From assembly GCA_053919585.1 (NCBI GenBank), contig CM132808.1: a stretch of 64,000 nucleotides of DNA; one strand, written 5' to 3'. How positions within the stretch are numbered: position 1 is the stretch's first letter; each line of letters begins with the position of its first letter. The stretch is from Euprymna scolopes (taxonomy: Eukaryota). Of this stretch, positions 25,395 to 37,263 are shown one piece after another. The notes below the pieces were generated by a model. That model worked only from the letters and a program-made list of their open reading frames with translations. It did no database searches and had not been told where the DNA came from. The translations under genes and the position numbers were made by a program.

Positions 25395-25690
25395 CCACTT
25401 ATCAAGGCCCTGAGGCCACTCGAGGATAAGGGTTATTGAGTGTACTGTAATCAATGAGACAATATCGTAGTAGTCGTTATTAATGGAAATTTGGCAGATT
25501 GGATTACTTAAGAGGGTGGTTCATCAAGAATTTGTTTATGTTGGACTTGAAGACAACCAAGTTGTAATCAGCTGGGAAACAGGCAAACGGAAGAGAGTTC
25601 CACAGGCGTGCAGTTCTAACAAAGAAGCATTGTTCGTGGAATCTACGTTTTGATTTAGGCACAGTTAAAGAGTGAGGAAAGATGTATCAT
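25395..25690 (-). mobile_element. 3' end of a second LINE family (copies at 31520-31965 +, 45655-45790 -, 54035-54630 -)
   Basis: Shared cttatcaaggcc...ggccactcgagga tail and RTARLWNSLP-like coding remnant. Confidence 0.7.
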
Positions 25691-26419
25691 GCTTCCTAAT
25701 AGTATCAAGGGGTATCAAGAGGGCGCATGCTGTTCCTTTTGTTTCATTTTAATTCAGTCGAAGTTCTCAGAAATCAAGGGGGTCCCCTTCCTAAGGCTAA
25801 CATTTGAACTCTATATGAAATACATAGATATTCGAATATTCCAGTAAAGTTCTTTGACCTCTCAAACACTAATAAAGAAAGTAAGGACGTAATTTTCTTC
25901 TCTCCATTTAATTAATTAGATGTTATACCTTTCTTGTGGTCTCTTGATTTTAATGGATCCCAGGACAAGAATTCATCTAGTCTGGTGGTGTATCCAGCTC
26001 CGTGCTGTTACTTGGGGTAACATCACTTGGAGAAGGTGCACTATTTCTTGTAAAAGCCAGTATGAGCTGGCCACACTGAGGAGATCTTATTTGGGCCTTG
26101 AATACTAAGTGATTTTGAATATTTGGTCAGGGTTTACTTCTAGGAAAAAGTATCCTCATGTCAGGTTGTCCTGACAAACCTCTGTACAGAGAGACCTTAA
26201 ATACTCGAGTACAGTGTCAAGTAGGCATTTAAGTACTATCCTCTCTCGCATGTGCAAGATATAGGAGATGAAATGTTGCAGGAAACTTTCAAAATTGAAA
26301 TCATTGCTCCCAGGCAACGCCAGATTATTTTCTTATTTAATAAATAAAATGATCAATTTCATCATGTATAATTCTTTTTATATATATATTGTTTTTAATT
26401 TTAAGTTTTCTTCATTTAA

Positions 26420-26520
26420 ATTCCTTGGTTTAACATTCACAAGCAACAGGAATCGGAACAAATAGATTGAGGACATTGTCAACCCCGCTGCAAAGAATGT
26501 GAGCTCCCTCTACTATGTAA

Positions 26521-26576
<56 letters not shown>

Positions 26577-26917
26577 CTTGTCTTTCCGTATGAGAAACTG
26601 TCTATCAAACTCTGCTGCCAATTTCTGGTTTACACACTTGAAATTTGATATATACATCTGTGGAACAAATTCGATGTGGTTTTTAGTCGGTAAAAATAGC
26701 TGCTAAAGGGTAACATTTTTTTTTTTAAAGTTTGAACTTAGAAGGCATAAGGCTACTAAATGTGTATCATCTACACATATGCAAATATACATTTATAGGT
26801 TAAACAAAGTTATTTTTTTAAACTTTTCATATGTGCATAGATGTGACTCACAAGGTAGCAAATAATGCTGGGAAACTATATGTTGTGGTTTAAATTCTAG
26901 CTGATGGCACTAAAGTT

Positions 26918-26953
<36 letters not shown>

Positions 26954-27965
26954 TATATAAAATGAAAATTACAATTAAATTTACTAAAATGATCCAAGAT
27001 GGTAAAATTAAAGTAAAGTATATTATAAATATTAAAGAATTAATATTTATAAAGTTATCTCAGCCAGATGTAAAAGGTCGATAAAGCCAAATAGGAAATA
27101 GAGCTTATAATACGAGCAAACAGTTAATAAAACATGTTAAAAAAACACTTTGAAATGAGTTAAAAACATATTTAATCTGAAAAGGAAACACTAGATAAGT
27201 GGATAGTCCTTAATCTGCGGAGTTTTGAAGAAATACTTTCCTTCTCATCAGAGGGTAGGAATTAGCAAAATGCGGGATCGGATTTTGCATGCAAAAGTAT
27301 TTGATGAAACAACAAGTAAGTCAAAGATCTTTCTTGAAAACAAAAAAAATTGAAGCAGAGGGAATATGGTGAAGAAAAAGGTGATTACACATGAATGGAT
27401 AGTATGGTGGAAGATAAATAATCCAGTGACGGTAAAATCCAAATGTATAACTTCAACTATATATATATATATATGTATACTTTTGAAATCACTATTATAC
27501 ACTGGGTTCAATATAATAATCGATAGAGAATTGACTCTATAATAATGAATACGAAATCTGTATAAATTAAAATATCACCACAATGTTGCATCCTTGTGCC
27601 TGTTTCACAAGTACTTTAATGAAATGTGCTCTGATAAACTCATAGCATTTGTACCCGCTTGACATATATACACCCGACTAACCTGACAAGCAGAAAAATC
27701 TCATCCCTTCACTGTTGAGGTCCCTAGAGAGCTGAAAGCGTTTTACTCTAATAGTTTCTTTCCTCAGACTGTCAGACTTTGGAATGTGCTCCCTGTTTCC
27801 TGCTTCCCTGTTTCTATTAACATGCTGTTTAAATGTATTGTGAACAGACATGTCGTTGCTCACCCCCCCCCACACACAGTACTCTACAGATGTGATTGTA
27901 AATAATATCCTCTTACGTGAAAGTGGCATTATGCCTTATTTGTGGTGAATAAGCGTTATAAAAAA
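26420..27965 (+). mobile_element. LINE ORF2 C-terminal remnant split by a (TA)n/Helitron-like insert (~26528-27582)
   Basis: LGLTFTSNRNRNK*IEDIVNPAAKNVSSLYYVRK at 26420-26527 continues as VASLCLFHKYFNEMCSDKLIAFV from ~27583. Confidence 0.6.
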
Positions 27966-27993
27966 ATCCTGCTGGAAATAATTGGTGAGAGTT

Positions 27994-28190
27994 ACTTCAC
28001 TTCCGGTTGCTTTTTTCGTTTTTAATTGATTCTTTTTTTTCAGTATCTTTTGTTTATTAAATTTTTAGGTGAAAGTACGAAATAGGTAAAGAAAGTCCTC
28101 CCCTCCTCATGTTAAGAAAGGTTTCTTCTAAATAAAACCGTTATTTAGAAAAAAAAAATTAATAGATAGAAAGGCAACCGGAAGTAAAGT
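27994..28190. mobile_element. MITE-like element with ~30-bp TIRs
   Basis: acttcacttccggttgcttttt...aaaggcaaccggaagtaaagt. Confidence 0.55.
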
Positions 28191-28808
28191 GGAAACAGTA
28201 ATCGTAAAGATAACCAAATAATTAAATCAAGTTTTGCATATGAAGATAAAAACACATTTTTTTTATATGCACAATTTAATCATCATCATCATTGTAGTTA
28301 TGAGCTGCTTCTATGCCGAGCTAATCAAAGAAATTACATCATTTGGAATGTGGTTTTCAAAACCCTTAAAATGTCCCAGTCCAAAAACAGAAAGATGTTT
28401 TGCATCCAATTAAGCCAAGTTGTGAAATTTGCATCTATTTTGAGCAGACGGAGGCTGGTGTTTATATGAATCCTTGGAATATTCATGGAATTCATCAGCT
28501 CAATTGGAAAGCAACAAATATTGGGAAGGGGTGGAAATCCATAAGAAATATCGAGGGGGGGGGGAATGGAGAACAAAATATTACACATACAAAGAAACAA
28601 GTATGTAAAAGAAAAATGTCCAAAAGAAAAACAAAGAATTTTTAAAATGAAATAAAAAAGAGAAAAAAAAAAAGAAAAATGATAATGAAGGAAGAAACAG
28701 AAAGAGAAATATGAAAAAAAAAACAAGGAAAAATAGAAGAAAGGAAAAAAGAAAAAGATACACGGAAATTATACAGACATACTCATATAGACACGCACAC
28801 ACACACAC

Positions 28809-28859
<51 letters not shown>

Positions 28860-28883
28860 CATACATAAATACACACATGCAAT

Positions 28884-29047
28884 GCAATAGCTGATGATAA
28901 ATTGCTCTTAGCAGAAGACTTTACTGTAGTTTCACGGTATTATGGATCATCATAAGTCCTAGTTGGAGAAATATTTGGTGACTGGTAATACCATGAAACT
29001 GCAGTAAGGCTTTATGCTAAGTACACTTTATTATCATTTATTATTGC
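28884..29047. repeat. Imperfect fold-back palindrome (~60-bp arms)
   Basis: gataaattgctcttagcagaagactttactgtagtttcacggtatta is mirrored by taataccatgaaactgcagtaaggctttatgctaagtacactttattatc. Confidence 0.75.
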
Positions 29048-29229
29048 TGTAGCTCCATCCAATAGAATATCGATCACCTCATTTGTCCAAGATATGTTGT
29101 CTTGATTAGGTTCTGTTCAGAATTTGAGGTGTTTGTTTTCTTACTAATGCAAGCTGTTGCAACAAAATCTGATACTTGACAAAAAATAAACAATCTACGG
29201 GGAGATGATGAGGAGTACAGTGAAGCCCT

Positions 29230-29530
29230 GGATTGATGAGATTGACGCTGGGCACTCTTAAGACAACCCAAATGCGACTGCTCAACAATATTCCTCCCTA
29301 TTGATTGCTGGACTTATGGTCGCTCTTCTCAGCTAACTGCAACACACTTGGCTATTTCTTTTGAAGCTTGATTGAGGCCAAGACCAATAAGCATGTCTAC
29401 AACACGGTCAACTCTCTAAAGGCTGCTATTGTTGATGAATTAATCACTACAGTCAGTAAAGCATGCGACTCATCTTGCATCTTCCTTTAGATGGTGGTGT
29501 TTGTCAACAGCAGTTGCATTAAAAGAATAA
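29230..29530 (+). mobile_element. Tc1/mariner transposase C-terminal remnant
   Basis: LWSLFSANCNTLGYFF*SLIEAKTNKHVYNTVNSLKAAIVDE...VSKAC is a decayed WPPxSPDxNPLDY...TNxxxHNTxxSLKAAI motif. Confidence 0.65.
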
Positions 29531-29652
29531 TGTAGTATGTAACTGTTGCTAAATACTGTTGAGTCTCTGCATATACAACTTTTGTTCTTATTGCCTTACT
29601 AGTTTTCTGTTTGTCAAGTGTTGGATTTTATTTCTAAACCATGTATATCTTA

Positions 29653-30209
29653 TCTATAAATATAAAAGCGAAAATGTATGTATGTATGTATGTGTGTTCG
29701 CTTTTTCTGTATTTCTACAAAAGGTTTTTTTTTCAGAGAAGCGGTCGCTCGCCTAACAACTTTTTAAAACTTTTTATATCACATATAAATCGTAATATCT
29801 CACAGTTAACAATGAAGCTCGCCTGTCTATTTAATTTGCTCGACTTTGGGAAGATAAATATTCAACATTTATCGCTCGCCGCATGTGGGTTATTCTTTTT
29901 CCTATAACACCTTGGGAAACATTCTCGCAATAAATTAAATACTATCCCGCAGTCAAACTTGACCCCATTAACTCATTAAAATGGGCACCTGCCAAATCCA
30001 AATAATTAAATAAATTCAAACGTGTTTCTGTTAGCATCTCGCAGTGGGGCAATGGTTAACGTCGCACATTTTTTTTTTTTCATAACTTTGCCTCAAGAGT
30101 TCGGGTTCGATCCTCATACTTACCTACCAAAACATTTTTTAACCCCCCCCCCCTCCGGAGTTTCCACACACCGCCAAACACCCGGGCAACACCGGGTACC
30201 CCTCGCTAG
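29653..30209 (+). mobile_element. Non-autonomous Helitron-like element
   Basis: a|TCtataaatataaaagcg...cccgggcaacaccgggtacccctcgCTAG|t; paralogue at 39162-39953. Confidence 0.85.
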
Positions 30210-30334
30210 TATATAATAAAGCAGACTGAGACTTTCCTTTGTACCATTGGTCGGTATAACTTTATAATCAATAGCTACATAAAATTTCTGTTTCATCCGT
30301 GAATTAGGTTCATTCTTTGTATTCATTGTATTTT

Positions 30335-30670
30335 GTTTTTGAAATCTTGTTCACCCCAAACAAGGCATATTGCCACTTGAATGTATGAAGCTACCATTTG
30401 ACTCTTTGAGACAGGAGACTGCGTGTGGAGATGAGCGAGATGTCTGTTCACATTACATTGGCATGTTACTACAGCAGGAAACAGGGAGAAAATTCCAAAG
30501 TCTAGCAAAAGAAACTATTAGAGTAGAAGGCTTTCCAGCATCTAGAGGCTGCTAGAGTGAAGGGGTTGGAGTTTTGCTGCTAGACGGGTTTGTCTGGGGT
30601 ATGTACGTCTAGGGGTACAAGTGCAGTGAGTTCATCAGAGCACATTTCATTAATATACTTGTAAAACGGA
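30335..30670 (-). mobile_element. LINE ORF2 3' fragment with 3' UTR
   Basis: Same family as 46120-46750 (ttccaaagtctagc...gaaactattagagtagaaggcttt). Confidence 0.7.
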
Positions 30671-31519
30671 AAAGGACGAATTTTTATTACTTCTACTGGA
30701 TTTCAAAGATTTTACTATTTAATCCTGATCAATAATTTTCTTTTCTTTTTTTAATCATATTTAAAGATGGAGTTTTCACCGTTCTCACATGTACTCCTGC
30801 TCTACTCATCATCACCAGGTAAATAATTTAAGTGAAATTTTCTCCTCATACACCGATTCTTACTCATATTTCAAACGATTTCATTGATTTTCTATGTTGC
30901 AATCATGAAAAATAAGTTTTATACAGAAAGAAATATTAAATTCATGCACATTATTTTCTTTCTTTTCACCTCTACAAAATAATCTGGACAAAAAATTGGA
31001 TGGCATTTCTGCTTTTTTTTTTTTTTTTTTTCAAGATTTAAAAAATAACTTCATAAATATGACTTCTATCGTCACAAAATTTGGAAATACATTTTTTCCA
31101 CTTTATAGTATCTGATGCTCCCATGTAAGGCTGTTTGAAGATACTGGCTTTCTGACTTAAAATGCACAAACATTAATGCTATTGCTTTGTTCTTTTCCCT
31201 TTGCAAAACTCAATTATGTTCTGCAAAAACAATCTTCCTCTAAAAAAAAAAAAAGAAAAAAAAAGAAAACACTATAAAAAATATTTGAAGATATAGAGAA
31301 CTTGAAGAATATTTTTTTAGCTGTTGAAATCGACATTAAATAACCGAGGAAGGGATAATATGCTCCAAGACAAAACAACCAAACCAAACCCCATAAATAA
31401 AAATTTGAAAATATAAAGTATTTGTATGAAAACATTTACCAAAATTACAGGATTCGTTGTTAAATAACCAGAAAAAGATTGATATGCCATAAAACAAAAT
31501 AACCAAACTCAAGAGCTAC

Positions 31520-31965
31520 ATGACACTCCATATCCTGACTAAATAGAGTTCAAAACCGGCTTCAAAACTTAGGTGATGCCCTTTTCTCTGTCCTGCAACC
31601 TCTTTCCCACAGAAGAGATATTGTGAGCTACCTCTACTCTATCGCTATTTTCATGGCAAGTGCTCATTTGAGCTCCAAGCTATGGTCCGCCTTGCCAATC
31701 TTTCACAAAAACACTCATCTAGCTAAAGCCACTGTCAACAATTTCCTCCACTCTCTGTGCCTTTTTCTAAATGCAGATTCCATGAACAAAGCTTCTTTCT
31801 TAGAATTGCTCACCAGTAGAACGCTGTTCCACTGGCCTGCTTCCCGGTCAATTACAATATAATAGCCTTCAAGTCCAATGTAAACAAGTTCTTGTCGAGC
31901 TGTCCCCTTAAACAATCCAAATTCTACCTAATCTATACCATTAACGATTACTACACTACCACCTT
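31520..31965 (+). mobile_element. LINE ORF2 3' fragment (second family)
   Basis: Frameshifted RVQNRL...LSCNLFPTEEI / SYLYSIAIF region and the 3' UTR shared with 54035-54630. Confidence 0.7.
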
Positions 31966-32110
31966 ATACGCTTAAGAGAAAAAATGCTGCCTAATAATAT
32001 AAGTATATATATGATTTTCAGAATGTGAGAGATTATATATAATAAATTCCACAGCCAAACAACGTCGCAGCCCACAATACTGTAATGGCTCTTGTGGGCT
32101 GTGACGTTGT

Positions 32111-32435
32111 TGGTTGGTTGGTTGTTTTTGTTTTACGGCATATCAACCCTTTTCAGGTTATTTAATGCCGAATCCAAAGATTTTGAAGAAAAATTTTTTT
32201 AATAGAATATATTTATTGTTTTCACATAGTTGGGACCCTAACAGGTACTACCACTCCGGGTCAGAGTGGACCTGGGAGCAATGGTAATTAAAGGGTGGCT
32301 CCACACTCCCCAAAGCCCACAAGCTGGGGCCTCACCACTGGATATAGTTTAAGGTCATATCCAGGACCCCCATTGAGGGACTTTTACTCTCTGCAGGGGG
32401 GCAGTCGGCGTATTCTAATGCCCCACCGACAGGGC
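32111..32435 (-). mobile_element. Young short retroposon (SINE-like, (CAAC)n tail) with ~12-bp TSD
   Basis: Highly similar to copies at 37838, 40911 and 42194; TSD ctgtgacgttgt (32099-32110) / ctgtgacattgt (32436-32447). Confidence 0.9.
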
Positions 32436-32461
32436 CTGTGACATTGTTTGGCTATGGAATT

Positions 32462-32496
<35 letters not shown>

Positions 32497-33015
32497 TACA
32501 TACTTATATATTATATATAACATTCCAGCTTCCTGTTACTGAATACTGATTATTAACTGTGAAAGCCCACTGAAAATGGCATCCATAGGTACTTAATTTC
32601 TTTCAATTTATGTGTTAGTTGCCGGTGGCCTGGAGAAAAGACGTTATCCTACTTAACAAAGGATGAATTTGTTGACTGGTTTTGAATCTCCTGACCAGCA
32701 GTAATTCTCATTTTTTACACTAGTAAGCATGAAACACTAGTGTCTATGGGTATAAAAATTGTCCATATTTATTTTAAAAAAATATACATAGACTACTAAA
32801 GCAACTCTGTGGATCTTGCTTGTTTGTTGTGTTGTTTGTCCTTTGCGAACTAGATGATAACAGAAAAGAAGAGTATTATCCAGTACAACACTAGTGAAAG
32901 ACATCGGGAAAATTTGTTATGAAGTAGTCACCATTTTGTGATGTCATCTGGTGAAAGCGAGATATGGTGTAAGCTCATGGTGTAGGACATCAGGAAGATA
33001 TCCTTCATGACATCG

Positions 33016-33564
33016 TCTCATTTATAAAACTCACTATGCCTGTCCGTCTGTCTCAATTTTTTTTCAAACTGCATCTCCTACGAGATGCAAGGTTGCAAAG
33101 CTGTGCGAGACAGATGAAATTATTGCATTTTTTTGTGGACCGTTTTGTTTTCATGCATCTTTAATTGATAAAAATACTTGGTTAAGATGTCAAAATTGAA
33201 AGAAATTGGAACCTGACAGGCGTAAATCGACTTAAGGTTTTCTTGTATGTATGAGCAAATATATACATTCATTCATACATTAAAGTTTGTTCTTTTTAAG
33301 TTACTTCTGATCCATCTGATGATAGCTCAAACAGTAGGGACCGAGACTGGAGCGTTAAATGTTTTGATTTCGATTCTAGCTGATGGAACCCAATTCATTT
33401 TTTTTTTTTACTTTTGAAATCATTATTATATATTAGGTATAATATAATGGAAAATAGTGAGAGAAAAAAAACTGGTTCTATAATAAAAAATACGAAATCT
33501 GGATGAATTAAAATATCATATTTAAGCGTATTTTATGATGGGGCAACACTGGGCACCCTGCTAG
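33016..33564 (+). mobile_element. Non-autonomous Helitron-like element
   Basis: Ends gggcaacactgggcaccctgCTAG|t; 3' third shared with 55591-56052. Confidence 0.65.
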
Positions 33565-33789
33565 TCTAACATTTAAAGAGAGGAGAAAGAGGGAGAAGGT
33601 CTATTATATCATGAAAGTTTCATAGATATTTGTTTATATTTGAAAGCAGCAATAGTAGCTGCTGATCTTTACAACAACAATAATAGTTTGTGAACATGTA
33701 TATTTTGTTTGAAAGCTCATATTGATTTATATTGATCAAAAACCTTGAAACCAGCAGCAACAGGCTCAACTTGAAATTGTTGAATAGTT

Positions 33790-34200
33790 AATGTTTCTGA
33801 ATTTTTGTGATGAGGATTCATAATTCGTATCATTTGGATTATTCAAACTATTGTTCTCATCTTGAGTGTTACTAGCACGATGTTTCGATCGGCGTAACCT
33901 CCGACCTTCTTCATTTGTATCTTGTCGAGCACGGATATTTTTTGAGCCAAACTCGGGAATCTGTACTGAATTTGGAACCAAAACTTTTTTTTAATCCGCA
34001 AGGATCAATGGCGTAGGGGATAAAGTGCTTGGTTAACTCCACTTGTAAGTTACAATCTTCTGGAGGTTGAAGGTTCAGCCCTCAGTGCGAGTAACTCTTA
34101 AAATACAATGGCGAATTACTTAGCATTTCATATCTGATAGAACGAGAGCGCATGCTATCTGTGGATTAAACAAACGGTTCTGTTCGAAATCCCATAGAGA
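33790..34200 (-). mobile_element. Penelope-like terminal-repeat family (copies at ~47085-47420 and ~53175-53470)
   Basis: Three homologous copies; the minus strand carries a (c)tgaagaagg...gaaac hammerhead-like motif typical of Penelope pLTRs. Confidence 0.55.
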
Positions 34201-35473
34201 TTCCCAAATTCAACAAGATATACCTGCAGAAGATCAGAGGTTACATTGACCGAAACGTTATGTAAATAACACTCAAAATGAGAGCAGTAGTCCGAATAAT
34301 ACAAAAAAAATTTAATTTAATAATACATATAACGAATACCCAACATGTTACGGATGGTCTAGCATAGACGTGATTTTTTGAAAAAATAAGGAACATGTCA
34401 TTCCAATTAAGTTTTAGTGAATTCAGTATATATTGTAAAGTAAAAACTAAAAAGAAAAATGAGATTAAGTTAAAATGACTTATCTTCAACACAAATCCAC
34501 ATAATCTGTTGAAAACATGACTCGTAATTAAAGTACTTTAGTCTTGGATCTCCTCACCCACTCCCCTTTTTCCCTCTTAATCCCTCAGGGGTGAGGCAGT
34601 ATTATCATAAACAATTAGAATCTACGTTCCTAATCTGTGATAATCCATATGTTAAACTGACTCCTCGTCCCGTCCCTCCTCTCAATTTAATAAAGGTAAT
34701 CTTGTATATCTGGTGTTAATCTGGGAGGGAGAGATTAACGGATTTAAAGAGATCATACCTCGGTACCAACAAGGCAAGCACATGCGTACATCCTAAAATA
34801 TTAGTAAATGCGTCAAAGACAAAACTTTATATTAACATGTATCGGGGCGGGGGGGGTGCAGATTATGTCACTGCTGAGAATCAATATCGCAATATAACAT
34901 CATACTGTGCTGCATAAGCTGCACAAATATATATATATATATATATATATAATAACAGTATAGTTACATTCCAAGATCCAAATATGTATTTCTCATGCAA
35001 AACAGCTCCTCCTGCATGTTAAAATTTTGGTACACTGTTTTTTACAGACCCGTTTCGTTATACAGAAACAATAGATTATTATTATGTCAACACTGACTCT
35101 TCTCGTGCATATACTACTCAGAAAAATTAGAAATTCTTTGCTTAGAAAGAAGAAATGCATGACAAAATAATGCCGAAAAAAGAAAAGAAGACTCAAGATC
35201 GTGTGTTTGTTCTGGCAGCCATCTTGTTCATATTGTAAAGCTAGACAGGTTTTATTCAACATTTGAATTAAAATGTTCTATTCTACAAGGAAATCATTTA
35301 TTATCATTTTTATTATTATTATTTTCATTTTTATTATTATTATTATTATTATTATTTTATTATTTTTCTAATCTTTATTTTCTGTAATTTCTTAATTAGG
35401 ATTATATCTAAAAAGGGTTTACATCGGTTGAAAATACGAAACCAATTCTTTAAATATATATAAGTATATATGT

Positions 35474-35871
35474 TAGAGTTAGGATAATTAATCAAAATAA
35501 TCAGAACTTTTTTGAAGTGTCAGAATCGGAAAAATATGTTCTTATTTTCTATTGTTTTAATTGCTTATTTTTGTTTGCTTTTGTTTAAAACTTAACTTAC
35601 CATTGCTGATACTAATGATAAAATGGTAAATAGTAAAACTAAAATTTATAGACCCCTTCCCTACCACCCCCACATGTGTATTTTAACGTTTGCAAAAAAA
35701 TAGGCACATATGATATGGGTTTTGTGGTAATCCAAAAATGAAAAAAGACAAAATTTTTAATTTCAAAAAAGCAAAGAAAAACTCTATAGCTCAATATTTA
35801 GAATCAGAACTTTAAAATAGAATTGGTAATTGAATTGGAATCAGGAAAAATATTCGAATCGTCCCATCACT
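35474..35871 (+). mobile_element. Non-autonomous hAT-like element (paralogue of 51667-52078)
   Basis: gaatcgg subterminal repeats and right TIR aatcgtcccatcact. Confidence 0.6.
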
Positions 35872-36172
35872 CGTATATATACATTCTCATTTAGCCAATA
35901 TTCTACAAGTATGACACTCATCAGTAATTGAAAATTAACACAAAATGCAGCATCGGTTTTGTTTTATTAACGTACACAGTGAAGGACCTTAAACACACTG
36001 GTGGGACCTCGCCCAGATAGCTGACTAGCGGTACACAAGGCAGATTTCACACCACACTTCCAAGAAGTTTAATGCTATGAGATCTCTTGCAGCAATTTCT
36101 CTGTTACGCAGCTCAGGTCAGTTTCTTTAACATCTACTTGAGACGTTCAAATCTCAAGTTTATATATATATA

Positions 36173-37058
36173 TCTATAAAAGTGAACGTGTCTGTGTGTC
36201 TGTGTACATTTCTCTATGCAATAACTCTGTCAATTTTTAGTCTACAGACTCGAAATTTGATATACAGGGTACTGAGATTTGGGAAAATCGATGTGATCGG
36301 TTTTCGGTCAGAAATTTGGCTGTTAAGGGGTTAGAGTTCAATGATTTGACCTTTGAGAACTCTACCAAACTCCTCTGACAATTTTGGGTCTAAACACTTG
36401 AACTTTTAGATATAGGTTCCTTGGACATGGATCTAACTTAATAACTTGATTTGAGCCCAAAACAATAAATTTTCAGGGGTCATAATAGGGGTCAAAGTTA
36501 AAAAAAAATTGACCTCTGCGGTCTCTACCAAATTACTCAGACAATTTCTGGTCTAAACATCTGAAATTTTACATAAAGCGTATTCAAAGATAAGGCAAGC
36601 TTTTTCATCGGTTTGGGTCGAAAATTTTTAGTTACCAATATATAAATGTATGTATGTATGTTTGCATGTCTGCCTAAAAATTTCAATAGAGGCGACTGAT
36701 TTTACCAAGATCAGTACCGTATTGAAGTTCTATCTTTCAGACGACAAATATCGAAAAATTGGTTAAAAACATTAATATCTTGACCTTCAACTTGGCACTT
36801 TTCTACAGGGAGGGGGGGTCGCTTTTTCGCTGATATTTTTGAAAGTCATCCTCTCCTTTCTATTGTCTAGCCTTAATTTAAACATAAGTCACTTCCGAAT
36901 TGGCGGTGGTCATAACAGCAAAGACGTCAGATTCTTTTTCCCATTCTTTCCTCCTTCGTGGTACGGGTTCGAGCCTGCCTTCCTACTACCACATTTTTTT
37001 TTTTTTTTGCTCAACATACACATCCAATCACCCGGGCAACACCGGGCTGAAATGCTAG
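36173..37058 (+). mobile_element. Non-autonomous Helitron-like element
   Basis: a|TCtataaaagtgaacgtg...cccgggcaacaccgggctgaaatgCTAG|t; close paralogue of 18830-19694. Confidence 0.85.
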
Positions 37059-37263
37059 TATTTAAATATTTTTACATGTATAAAAAATAAGTTATCGATA
37101 GAAACTTACTTTTATGCGCATAAAAATATTTAAATAATATATTAATAATTTCAAATAATACATTCCAAATGGGGGTCGACTAGAATGTAAACAAGGGGCA
37201 GATAACTTCTCTCTTAAAAATTGCTCAGAGAAAAAGATACCACAGAATCCCTAATCTTTTATA

